This document shows positions 9,612 to 23,203 of a stretch of 32,000 nt of DNA, in pieces. The position numbers and the translations under genes are program-made. Position 1 is the first letter of the stretch; each line of letters begins with the position of its first letter. Below the pieces are notes generated by a model that was given only the letters and a program-made list of their open reading frames with translations, did no database searches and was not told where the DNA came from. Location of the stretch: NCBI GenBank assembly GCA_001192655.1, contig BBVC01000020.1:30001-62000 (forward strand). The letters run 5' to 3'. The DNA comes from Caedimonas varicaedens. Lineage in GTDB: Bacteria > Pseudomonadota > Alphaproteobacteria > Caedimonadales > Caedimonadaceae.

Positions 9612-9659
9612 GCTTTAATTTCTCCCCTGAGAGTCTTTTTCAATAGCGTTTAGGGAGAT

Positions 9660-10385
9660 TCATTTTCTAACACCTATATAAATTCCCCGGTCGCGCATTA
9701 ACCCATCGGGAGAAAATTCAGCGTTAAACCCTGCGCGCCTCATGATTTCGAGAGTTTGATCAATACCAAACATTCCTATCTCATGATGATCTTGAAAATA
9801 CTTCACTTCCTGATCTTTTTCAGCCACAAGATAGTGCATGTCCATCACTGATATATTACCCTCTGCATTGGCAACGTTCAGTCGTGCAATCTTGATATTT
9901 TCATCTTCATAGGTCGTCATGCAAGGCAGTCCGATTTTATACTGTTCTCTGGTAAACCACGGCTCTACCACAGCGACGCCCCCTTTTTTTAAGTGAAACG
10001 CAAACGTTTCCCAGGTTTTTTGAAGATTCTTCCAGGTTTTGACGTACCCAATGGAACTGAAAAGACAGGTGATAATGTCAAACTGCTTCTCTAAACGCAT
10101 ATGGATCATATTCTCTTCCCTGAATTCAAGATGGGGAAGTTTTTTTTTGGCGATCTCCAGCATTTCACCGCTCATATCCACGCCCGTACATTGGTAAGAG
10201 TCTTGAAGGAATAAAAGATGCCTGGCTGTGCCACAAGCCACATCCAGCAGCTCATGGCCTTCTGATTTTTTAAATTTTTCAATAATTGTCCGTACTTTTT
10301 CAGCTTCTTTTTGATAATCCTTGAACGTATAAATCAGATCGTAGTAACGTGCTAATTCTTTATAAGATAACGGGGCACTTGACAT
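9660..10385 (-). CDS. class I SAM-dependent methyltransferase (TylM1/Methyltransf_25-like small-molecule MTase)
   Basis: Motif I LLDVACGTARH, post-I VDMSGEML, FDIITCLFSSIGY, GGVAVVEPW. 241 aa. Confidence 0.8.
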   Translation of the reverse strand: MSSAPLSYKELARYYDLIYTFKDYQKEAEKVRTIIEKFKKSEGHELLDVACGTARHLLFLQDSYQCTGVDMSGEMLEIAKKKLPHLEFREENMIHMRLEKQFDIITCLFSSIGYVKTWKNLQKTWETFAFHLKKGGVAVVEPWFTREQYKIGLPCMTTYEDENIKIARLNVANAEGNISVMDMHYLVAEKDQEVKYFQDHHEIGMFGIDQTLEIMRRAGFNAEFSPDGLMRDRGIYIGVRK

Positions 10386-10450
10386 GAGTCTTTCCTTTTC
10401 GCTTCAATCTGTATCAAACCTGACGTATCCAAAATCATTTTGCAGGGTAA

Positions 10451-12571
<2,121 letters not shown>

Positions 12572-12601
12572 AAAATCAGGGATTTTATAGAGAGAAGCTC
12601 T

Positions 12602-13609
12602 ATGAAAATTTATGGAATAGCAAGCAGTGTTCTGAATTTTCTTTTGGTTTTAAGGGTAACGGGAAAGATGCAAAATTCTTGCGATTCCAAGGGTATAATT
12701 TTCCCTCATCGTCCTAAAGTCATTGGACATCGGGGATGCGCAGGGCTTGCTCCTGAAAACACGCTCTCAGCATTTGTTAAAGCTATTGATCTGGGTGTTG
12801 ATGCCATTGAATTTGATGTTCATTGTACAAGGGATGGCGAGGTTGTTGTTTATCATGATATGAAATTGAACCCTGAGACGACAAAGGACGCACGTGGGGA
12901 ATGGATTGGCGATACCCCCCTTTATCTTCGTGATCTGGCATTCCAAGAGCTGCAACAATATACGATTGGTGAAGCCAAGCCAGGCTCTCTGTATGCAGCT
13001 TCCCATCTTTTTATGAAACAAACAAGAAATGAACGTATTCCCACCTTGCGTCAGGTATTCGATCTTGCCAGAAGAAAGGGAGACACAAATCTTGAATTTT
13101 TTGTAGAACTTAAGACATCACCTATCCCTGGAGATTATGCCTCGGATCCTGAGACACTAGTTTTTGCGACTCTGGAACAAATTCAGGCTGCTGGAGTAAT
13201 AGAGCGTACACATATTTTGTCTTTTGATGCTCGCTCTCTTGATCTTGTTCATTCTCTTTCGCCGAGACTCAGGACGAATTACCTTATAGAGTCCGGGCTT
13301 CCTTATGATTCGCCCTGGATAGCGTGGCTTCGTTTTGCCTCTTTCAAGGATACACCTCAACGAATAGTCCGTCTTAAAGGCGGTTTCTGTTGGTCTCCCC
13401 AGTTTAAAGACTATAATTTTCAATACATTACGGCACAACACATAAAAGAAGCCCATAAGGAAGGGCTGATGGTCGTTGTTTGGACGCCGAATGAACCAGA
13501 AGATCTCCAAAAAATGATTGATCTGGGTGTTGACGGGATTACAACAGATCGACCGGATATTTTATTGGATCTCCTAAAAAGAACCACATATCAAGGCTGT
13601 GAGAGCTAA
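12602..13609 (+). CDS. glycerophosphodiester phosphodiesterase family protein
   Basis: GDPD motifs VIGHRGCAGLAPENTLSAF and IEFDVHCTRDGEVVVYHD. Hydrophobic N-terminus may be a signal peptide. The start is uncertain (alternative ATG at 12668). Confidence 0.85.
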   Translation: MKIYGIASSVLNFLLVLRVTGKMQNSCDSKGIIFPHRPKVIGHRGCAGLAPENTLSAFVKAIDLGVDAIEFDVHCTRDGEVVVYHDMKLNPETTKDARGEWIGDTPLYLRDLAFQELQQYTIGEAKPGSLYAASHLFMKQTRNERIPTLRQVFDLARRKGDTNLEFFVELKTSPIPGDYASDPETLVFATLEQIQAAGVIERTHILSFDARSLDLVHSLSPRLRTNYLIESGLPYDSPWIAWLRFASFKDTPQRIVRLKGGFCWSPQFKDYNFQYITAQHIKEAHKEGLMVVVWTPNEPEDLQKMIDLGVDGITTDRPDILLDLLKRTTYQGCES

Positions 13610-14425
13610 AAATCCTGTCAGGATATTTGATTTGAATTTAGTCATACAATCTTCAGGATCATAAATATCAAGCGTTAAAACTTGCCAAGCGAGATGAAAG
13701 GACAAGACAACAAGACCTATATAATAGAGCCAGGATAAGTTTTGTAAAAGCCCTGCCAGCACAAAGAAAATAAGCATAAGAGCATAGGTCAATCCCAGAA
13801 AAGACCAGGTATGCTGCTTGAGGGCGATAGCAGAAGATTTAACACCAATACGCATGTCATCCTCGATATCCTGATGAGCATAAATGGTGTCATAGCCCAG
13901 TGTCCAGCAAATGCCGCCCAAATAAAGAAAAATAGGAGCAAGACTGAAAGTGGAGGTGAGGGAAGTCCACCCGACGAGTGCTCCCCAATTAAAAGCGAGC
14001 CCCAGAAAAGCTTGAGGCCAGTATGTAAACCGCTTCATCCAGGGATAGATTCCAACAAGAAGCAATGAGCTGACGCTTAATTGTATCGTGAGTGACGGAA
14101 AGCTCATTAAGACAAAAAAACCTGCGATCAGTTGCAGAATCAGAAAAACAACAGCCTGATTAACTGTGACTGTTCCCCTGGCTAAGGGTCTGGAAGAGGT
14201 TCTGTGGACTTGGGCGTCATACGTGCGATCAACAATATCGTTATAAGTACATCCGGCGCCCCTCAGGAAGACAGCGCCCAATGAGAACAGGAAAATCTCT
14301 GTAAAGGGAATCGTTGAAGGTTTGGTCAGAAAAAGCCCCCACCAGCATGGCAAAAGCAGCAACCAAATACCTGTTGGTTTATCAAGTCGTGCCAGTTTGA
14401 TATAAGGATTCAGGTTAAACGTCAT
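13574..14425 (-). CDS. ubiA: 4-hydroxybenzoate polyprenyltransferase
   Basis: UbiA prenyltransferase motif NDIVDRTYDAQVHRTSSRPLARG and second Asp-rich motif YAHQDIEDD. Multiple TM helices. 283 aa. Confidence 0.9.
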   Translation of the reverse strand: MTFNLNPYIKLARLDKPTGIWLLLLPCWWGLFLTKPSTIPFTEIFLFSLGAVFLRGAGCTYNDIVDRTYDAQVHRTSSRPLARGTVTVNQAVVFLILQLIAGFFVLMSFPSLTIQLSVSSLLLVGIYPWMKRFTYWPQAFLGLAFNWGALVGWTSLTSTFSLAPIFLYLGGICWTLGYDTIYAHQDIEDDMRIGVKSSAIALKQHTWSFLGLTYALMLIFFVLAGLLQNLSWLYYIGLVVLSFHLAWQVLTLDIYDPEDCMTKFKSNILTGFLALTALICGSF

Positions 14426-14587
14426 AGAAGAAACTTTAATTTTTTATAAGATAAGTATCTCCTGAATCATATGTATCAAGTCAAGAAAATATTTCCCTCT
14501 ATTACTCAATTTTCTGGAATTTTTGACAAATTTTGTATTTCTTAAGACTGAACTTTTGTGTTTCTACCGATAACTCCATAAATTTTT

Positions 14588-14632
14588 AAAAACAAAAAAA
14601 GCGTCTCAGTCCTTTTAATAACTGAAACGCTT
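14588..14632 (-). terminator. rho-independent terminator of the 14650-15375 gene
   Basis: AAGCGTCTCAGT (14599-14610) pairs with ACTGAAACGCTT (14621-14632), 11/12 bp. On the minus strand the hairpin is followed by TTTTTTTGTTTTT. Confidence 0.7.
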
Positions 14633-14649
14633 CTTTCATAATTTAAAAA

Positions 14650-15375
14650 TTATTGAACTCTCTGAGATTTTGATACACACATCACCTTATTGGTTTTAGG
14701 ATCAACCAGAGCAGTAACAAACATATCTTTTGGTGTTAAGGATTTAACCAACATTCCAGAGTTTGGGTCTTTAGAACCAATCAAACCAACCTTTTCATCA
14801 AGGGGGGTACGCCTCAAGGCGTCTGGAGCTTTTTCATCACCGACCGATAGAACCCATACGCGATTAAATTGCTCAATAATGCCTTTTTCTTTCTTGAAGC
14901 CGGCTTTCTGAATTCTTGCTTCACCTTTTGGGTCGTCAAGTGTCATGATAGAGCATCGTTCAGGGAAATTTTTTGGTCCGCCAACAATAAGCCCTTCCAC
15001 TGTCTTCAGGCTTCCCGTAACCATTATAAGAGTGTTCTGAATTTTTCTTGATAAAGACTTTGTTTCAAGTTCTAGTCCTTTGAGTTTTGATTGTGCTTCA
15101 TCAAATTGAAGTTTTTTTTCCTCTAATTCCTTGAGCTTCGCTTTCGCTTCATCAATTTTGGGAGCGGTTTGTATGAGAAGTTGTCCTGCACTCTCATCAT
15201 GCCCTTTATCAAGACCTAATTGATTCATTGATTTCTCTGCCTGATCAAGCTCAGCATGTTTTTGAGCAATAAAAGAAGAGAGATCATCAGCAGCTGATAC
15301 AGTACCCATATTTACACCAGTAAACACGACTGCAATCGCAGCCAAAGAAACAAACATTTTTTTAGTAAGTAACAT
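14650..15375 (-). CDS. secreted coiled-coil protein of unknown function
   Basis: Signal peptide MLLTKKMFVSLAAIAVVFTGVNMGTVSA/ADD. The ATG at 15375 is preceded by AGGATGGA; upstream in-frame ATGs at 15384 and 15417 are possible. Central coiled coil (KAKLKELEEKKLQFDEAQSKLKGLE). Confidence 0.7.
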   Translation of the reverse strand: MLLTKKMFVSLAAIAVVFTGVNMGTVSAADDLSSFIAQKHAELDQAEKSMNQLGLDKGHDESAGQLLIQTAPKIDEAKAKLKELEEKKLQFDEAQSKLKGLELETKSLSRKIQNTLIMVTGSLKTVEGLIVGGPKNFPERCSIMTLDDPKGEARIQKAGFKKEKGIIEQFNRVWVLSVGDEKAPDALRRTPLDEKVGLIGSKDPNSGMLVKSLTPKDMFVTALVDPKTNKVMCVSKSQRVQ

Positions 15376-15706
15376 TTTTTCCATCCTATAAAAGATTCTC
15401 TCATTGTTGTTTACCATGAAAGTAGATAATTTTTAGTTAATGATACTGAAACTTATTTTCAGGATTACTTGGAAAGAAGAACTAGAGGTATAAATTTTTA
15501 AAACTGAATTCATTCACTAAATTCAATTAATAACACATTGTCCAAAGTAGCTTTGGTAAGGATTTTTTAAGTCTCTAATGTAAAAATAACCTGGTTTAGG
15601 ATGTGATGGATTATTCAAAAATTTTTTTGATTTTAGAGCAGATAAAATGCACGATTTATAATCTTATAACAGGTTCTTAAAAACAGTACAAAAAGGAGGC
15701 GAGTTG

Positions 15707-16882
15707 ATGAAAATATTAAAACAAGTGTTGGTTTTTTCCTTATTTTGTGCAGGTGCTTCGTCGTGGGCAAGTGATAAAGGAGAGGAATTGTCTGATGAAG
15801 TAGAGAGGGTTTTGAGTCATTATGGGCTTTCCTATCCTCAGACACTTGTTCAAGTAACCAGAGACCACTGCCTGACAGAGGAAGACGAAAAAATTAATGC
15901 TCCTCGTTATCAAGAAGGATTTCAGGCCGCTCAAAATATTATTGCTCAAACGAATGCGCACTTTAGGGAACTTTATGAGCGTCATCGGGACAGCAATCAA
16001 AATATTTCCCTAGAGTCCAGCGTCTTTTTATTATCATCTTCTGCTCGTATTTCTTTTCCTCAAGAACCTGCGAGAGAGGAAGAAAATGAGAAAAATGAAA
16101 CTCCTACTTCAGTTGAAAAAGGAGGAAAATTTTTCCAACAGAAAGAAGAGCTGGAGATCATAGAACGCTATGCAAACTATGTTTTGGCAGAGTATAAAAA
16201 CGTCAAATCATTAGAGGTTACAGGTGCGACCGAAGTTGATCCACGTATCATCAATTTAAAGCGTAATATCAAGGACGAGACTTACGTGTGGGTCATGACA
16301 TTATCTTGTATCCAGTCTACTCTTAAAACACTTCAAAAATTATATGAGAACGCTTTGGAAAATGCCTATGCCTATAATCATTTAAGCAAAAGTAAAGCAC
16401 AAATGGATTCTAAAGGGGCTCAACTTATGAGTGAAAAGTTAAGAGTTAAAGAGCAAGCAATGAAAGAGAACCTGGATATTATTGATGATCTCGTTGCGCT
16501 CTTTCCTGAGATATTCAAAGAGCCTATGGGTGTACACAAAGGATGGTATGATAGTCTTTGGCGGGGTATTTCTGCCTATACAAAAACAGACCGCTCAGAA
16601 CAGCTTAAGGAAAAATTCTATCCCTTGCTGGATTCGGATTCCATTATATCTGCCACAGAAAAGTGTATTAAGGGCATCTGGACAAGAACGCGACTTATAG
16701 AAAAAAAAGTTCCTGCTTCACAATATTGGAAGTACTTTAAACCTATAACAACAATCGCTTTTTCTAAAACACAGAAATTCGAACCCTTGATTCCACCCCT
16801 TGAAGACTATCAGAAAGAACAGCTGCCTTTAACTTTTAATATAAAATCAGATTCTCAGGATAAAAAGGGCGAGAAAAATTAA
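15707..16882 (+). CDS. secreted protein of unknown function (391 aa)
   Basis: ATG at 15707 lies 7 nt after AAGGAGG (15693-15699); the track start at 15704 is a TTG. Signal peptide MKILKQVLVFSLFCAGASSWA. No recognised domain. Confidence 0.75.
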   Translation: MKILKQVLVFSLFCAGASSWASDKGEELSDEVERVLSHYGLSYPQTLVQVTRDHCLTEEDEKINAPRYQEGFQAAQNIIAQTNAHFRELYERHRDSNQNISLESSVFLLSSSARISFPQEPAREEENEKNETPTSVEKGGKFFQQKEELEIIERYANYVLAEYKNVKSLEVTGATEVDPRIINLKRNIKDETYVWVMTLSCIQSTLKTLQKLYENALENAYAYNHLSKSKAQMDSKGAQLMSEKLRVKEQAMKENLDIIDDLVALFPEIFKEPMGVHKGWYDSLWRGISAYTKTDRSEQLKEKFYPLLDSDSIISATEKCIKGIWTRTRLIEKKVPASQYWKYFKPITTIAFSKTQKFEPLIPPLEDYQKEQLPLTFNIKSDSQDKKGEKN

Positions 16883-16904
16883 TTAGGGGGACTTACTTAT
16901 TGTT

Positions 16905-16949
16905 AGATTCTTTGCTCTTTTGAAATGAGGGGCAAAGAATCTTCTTTTG
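16905..16949. terminator. bidirectional terminator hairpin between convergent genes
   Basis: AGATTCTTTGC (16905-16915) pairs perfectly with GCAAAGAATCT (16932-16942) and is followed by TCTTTT. Confidence 0.55.
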
Positions 16950-16967
16950 AGTGTCTATTATTTTGAT

Positions 16968-18201
16968 TTATGCCGCGAGAGCCTGTGAACGATAACCCAA
17001 AGCTTCGGCAATATGCCAGGATCTTAACTCTTCACTGGCTTCCAGATCAGCCAGAGTACGTGCAACGCGAATAACACGATGGTATCCCCGTGCGGATAGC
17101 TTTAATTTATCCGAAGCCTGGGAAAGCAATTGCCGACTATCCTGATCCAGAGGTGCTATTTCCTCAAGATATTGACCACTGACTTCAGAATTAAGTTTGA
17201 TGGAAGAATTTTTATATCGTTCGGTTTGACGTTGACGAGCTTGAGCGACACGTTTGGCGACGTCAAAACTTCCTTCCTGAGGGGTGGGGAGAGAAAGATC
17301 ATGAGCAGAGACGGCGGGAACAAAAACCTGAAAATCAATACGATCCAGCAAGGGACCTGAAAGTTTCGCCTGATAATCCAAAGCGCATTTCGGGACGCGT
17401 GAACAGGCTCGTCCGGGGTCATCCATATATCCACATCGACAAGGATTCATGGCAGCCACAAGTTGAAAGCGAGCAGGATAAGTGACATGGGCGTTGGCGC
17501 GCGCCACAGTGACTTGGCCTGTTTCAAGGGGTTGTCTCAATGCTTCCAGGGCGCTGCGTTGAAATTCGGGGAATTCATCCAGAAAGAGCACCCCCCGATG
17601 AGCAAGTGTAATTTCACCGGGTAATGCCCGATGTCCGCCCCCAATAAGGGCAGGAAGTGAAGCAGAATGATGAGGGTCTCGAAAAGGGCGCTCCCGCAAA
17701 AGTCTTCCATTGGAAAGATGGCCGGCGATACTATGAATCATGGTGACTTCAAGCGCTTCTTCTGCTGTCAGAGGAGGAAGAATGCCCGGAAGACGGGCGG
17801 CCAACATGGATTTTCCAGCGCCTGGCGGCCCCATCATCAGAAGATTATGTCCCCCTGATGCCGCAACCTCTAAGGCACGTTTGGTGCTTTCCTGACCTTT
17901 AATATCTTTCAGATCTGCGTGATTTGAATTGCTCTCTGCAAGAAGCGGTGTTGGTGGAGATAAAAGCTGGTTCCCCTTAAAATGATTAATGAGCGCCAGC
18001 AGAGAAGGAGAAGCCAGAATTTCTATCTCTTGCGCCCACGCCGCTTCAGCACCACAGCTTTGCGGACAAATCAGTCCCAGATCACGGGCAGACGCTTGAA
18101 GAGCCGCTGATAAAATCCCTGACACATTGGAAAGTGTTCCATCTAGCGCCAGCTCACCCAGCGCAATAAAGCCTGACAACTCTTCCCGTGGCAGAACATC
18201 A
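16968..18201 (-). pseudogene. comM: comM/yifB Mg-chelatase-like AAA+ ATPase, 5'-truncated by IS21 insertion
   Basis: Walker A GPPGAGKSMLA, Walker B VLFLDEFPEF, ARFQLVAAMNPCRCG, C-terminal SARGYHRVIRVARTLADL. The reading frame stays open upstream of the track TTG start (..HDVLPREELSGFIALGELALDG) until the IS21 end at 18202. By my recollection of family length, about 90-100 N-terminal residues (Lon-like domain) are missing. Confidence 0.85.
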
Positions 18202-18262
18202 TGTTAGCGCCGGAGGTAAAATGATACAGATCATCGGTTGAATTTTGATACACCCACGCATT

Positions 18263-18281
18263 AACTCCTTTTCAAAGGAGT
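18263..18281 (+). promoter_or_regulatory. hairpin sequestering the istA Shine-Dalgarno (present in every IS21 copy)
   Basis: AACTCCTTT TC AAAGGAGTT palindrome. The 3' arm contains AAGGAG, which ends 11 nt upstream of the istA ATG (18291). Confidence 0.4.
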
Positions 18282-18290
18282 TTAGGAATA

Positions 18291-20807
<2,517 letters not shown>

Positions 20808-21711
20808 TAGCTAACAACATATAAAACGGTCATATTTTATTATCCTGAAATAATTGCTCGATAGAACACCTTTTTTTGCGTCTAATTGCTTTTGCTTGTG
20901 CCCATTTATGCTCGATGGGATTAAAGTCTGGAGAATAAGGAGGCAGATACAGCACGATATGCCCTGCCTCAGCAATTGCTTTTTGCATCGCTTTTCCCTT
21001 ATGAAAGGTGGCATTATCCAAAATAAGGACGCTTTTAGGAGGCAGTTTCGGAAGTAAATCGTCAATGATCCATTGTGTAAACACCTCGGTATTAATCGAG
21101 AAGCAGAACAAGCTCACGGTCAATAGCAGACCTTGGAATAAGGCGCCGATGACATTCGTTCGTCCCTTTGCTCCCCAATCATGAATCCCCTCACATCTCT
21201 TTCCTTTTGGAGAATAACCATGAGTGCGTGGCATATGGTGTGCAAATCCAGATTCATCAAGAGAAATGATAGGATGCCCTGCTTCTTCATAAGCTTTCAG
21301 CTCTTGACAAAAAGTAGCACGCTTTTCTGGATCGGCCTTGGGATGTTTGAGCGTTTTTTTTATAGGTCACATTCAAGCGTTTTAAAGCGTGCCATATCCC
21401 CATAGAGCTCACACCAAGACGTTCTGCTCTCTCGTACTGATAAGCATCAGGATAAAGCTGTATATCTTCTTTAAGGGCATCCATATTAAGCTTAGTGGCT
21501 GGTTTATGACGATGTGTCTGAGGCTCAGGCTTCTTGACCCATCTGACAAGACTGGTCACTCCAACACCAAAGAGATCCGCCGTTTCAGCAAAACTCAAAT
21601 TTTTCTTCTTTTTTACAGATAAAACACGAAGTCTAAAATCTAATGAATAGGTCATGGAATAATCCTCTTAAAAATTATCCATAATATAACCATTTTAAAG
21701 GTTTTTAGCTA
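20808..21711 (-). mobile_element. IS630-family insertion sequence, copy 2 (complete), inserted in IS21 copy B
   Basis: Same ends as copy 1. TA duplication at 20806-20807 and 21712-21713. Target GGGATGT-TA-GATTTTG of istA. Confidence 0.9.
20830..21655 (-). CDS. IS630-family DDE transposase (two frames joined at the A8 run)
   Basis: The track ORF translations (20830-21234, 21287-21655) are identical to those of copy 1. T8 on plus at 21354-21361. Confidence 0.85.
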
Positions 21712-21755
21712 TAGATTTTGAACGTCAACAAAGTTTAGGGGGCAGCGAGGTCGCT

Positions 21756-22592
21756 GTGGCTCTGGGTCTTTCCCCTTGGAAAAGTCCCTATGAGCTTTAT
21801 ATCGAAAAAACCACCAACGATCCTCTGTCTCTTCAGACTGCAACAACAACCCTTCAAGAATGGGGACATCGCTTGGAAAATATTGTTGCCCTTAAATATC
21901 AGAATGAAACAGGGTATGCGGTCGTACCAGGATTTAAGTGTCACTACCTTAAATACCCCTTTCTCACCGCCAGCCCTGACCGCCTTGTTTATACCAAAGA
22001 TGGACATGGCAAGGCTCTTAGAGGTTTGGAGATCAAGACAGTGGATGCCTTCTGCCGAGAAAAATGGGGAACTTCGGGAACAACTTGGGACGGGGTAGAT
22101 ATCAACCAATGTCCCATCCCCTACCATTACTATATCCAAGTGGTCGCTTATATAGCGGTTCTGGGCATGGACACCTGGGACTTGGCTGTTCTGATCGGGG
22201 GTAACGATTATCGGGTTTATACCTTTATGCGTAATCTTGACGTTGAAGACAAGATTCTCGAAGAAGCCCGCGCTTTTTGGGAAGGCTTCGTGGTTCAAAA
22301 GGTTGCTCCTCCCATCGACTTTATGTCCGAAGGGGTTCAGCGCTTGATTTCTAAACTCAACACCCCTTTGCAAGATGTGGAAACCTTTCTTGACCAGCAT
22401 TGGACAGACAAGGTGAAGCATCTCATGGATACCTCTGAAATGGCAACCCTTGCCACCAAGAAAGTCAAGGAAATGAAAGCCGAGCTTCGTCATTTTATGG
22501 GGGACGCCTCTATCGCCAAGTTGCAAGGGGGTGGGGCTGTCTGCGTCAAGATCGCACGGGATGGCTCTGCTCGAATGAGTTTTAAAGTGTAA
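21756..22592 (+). CDS. YqaJ-like phage recombination exonuclease (PD-(D/E)XK), N-terminus probably clipped
   Basis: GGSEVAVALGLSPWKSPYELY, ASPDRL and LEIKT motifs. The track start is a GTG. The frame is open back to 21699, into the IS630 end. By my recollection of family N-terminal length, about 10-20 N-terminal codons appear to be missing. Confidence 0.75.
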   Translation: MALGLSPWKSPYELYIEKTTNDPLSLQTATTTLQEWGHRLENIVALKYQNETGYAVVPGFKCHYLKYPFLTASPDRLVYTKDGHGKALRGLEIKTVDAFCREKWGTSGTTWDGVDINQCPIPYHYYIQVVAYIAVLGMDTWDLAVLIGGNDYRVYTFMRNLDVEDKILEEARAFWEGFVVQKVAPPIDFMSEGVQRLISKLNTPLQDVETFLDQHWTDKVKHLMDTSEMATLATKKVKEMKAELRHFMGDASIAKLQGGGAVCVKIARDGSARMSFKV

Positions 22593-22624
22593 CGGAAATA
22601 TAAAATAGGAAAGGAATAGAAAAA

Positions 22625-23185
22625 ATGACGCAAAATATCGAACAAGCTCTTGAGTCCATCAGCTTGGAAAAGCAAGCGCTGGAACAAAAGCAATCGGCTC
22701 TTCAACAAGAACATTCTGCTCTGGCAGGACAACTCAAGACGTTATCGCTGAGTTATCGTCAACTCTCGAAGGTCTGCGGAAAAGAGCAGAACGGAGAAGT
22801 GGGAATTTATACAGGCATGACTCTTACCGATGCCGTCCAAGATGTTCTCTCAACATGGGACAAGCCGATGACCACTGCCCAGATTGCCCATGCGTTGACT
22901 GAAGGGGGATATCTGTCAACATCAAGTCGGTTTAACAGCATGGTGCATTCTATTATTAAACGCCGAGACGAAACCTTTAAGCGTACGCCTGACGGAAAAT
23001 GCTGGATGCTGTGCTCTCAAGTTTTGGAAATAGAAGAAGAAATAGAAGAGACCGACATAGCGGAAATTGATGATACAGAAATTGAGCAACAAGCAACGGA
23101 ACCTGACAAGGCAGAAGACGATGAGACCGTTGAAAAGTTAGCTCAAGTGTTTGTCAAAAACAAGACGCTCACACTCTCTCTCTAA
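22625..23185 (+). CDS. coiled-coil + winged-helix (HARE-HTH-like) protein with a strongly acidic C-terminal tail
   Basis: N-terminal heptad region (LEKQALEQKQSALQQEHSAL). wHTH-like LTDAVQDVLSTWDKPMTTAQIAHALTEGGY...FKRTPDGKCWML. Tail EIEEEIEETDIAEIDDTEIEQQATEPDKAEDDE. Confidence 0.6.
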   Translation: MTQNIEQALESISLEKQALEQKQSALQQEHSALAGQLKTLSLSYRQLSKVCGKEQNGEVGIYTGMTLTDAVQDVLSTWDKPMTTAQIAHALTEGGYLSTSSRFNSMVHSIIKRRDETFKRTPDGKCWMLCSQVLEIEEEIEETDIAEIDDTEIEQQATEPDKAEDDETVEKLAQVFVKNKTLTLSL

Positions 23186-23203
23186 AGAAAAGGATGGTGA
23201 ATA

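Noticed and set aside
13574-13609. 36-bp convergent overlap of the GDPD gene and ubiA 3' ends
   Set aside because: Tail-to-tail overlaps of this size occur in compact genomes. Both C-termini are plausible and nothing else marks the site, so it is noted but not considered remarkable.
21735-22526. 263-aa ORF on the minus strand
   Set aside because: It is fully antisense to the YqaJ-like gene. The plus-strand frame carries the family motifs (GGS..LGLSPWKSP, SPDRL, LEIKT), while the minus-strand product has none.
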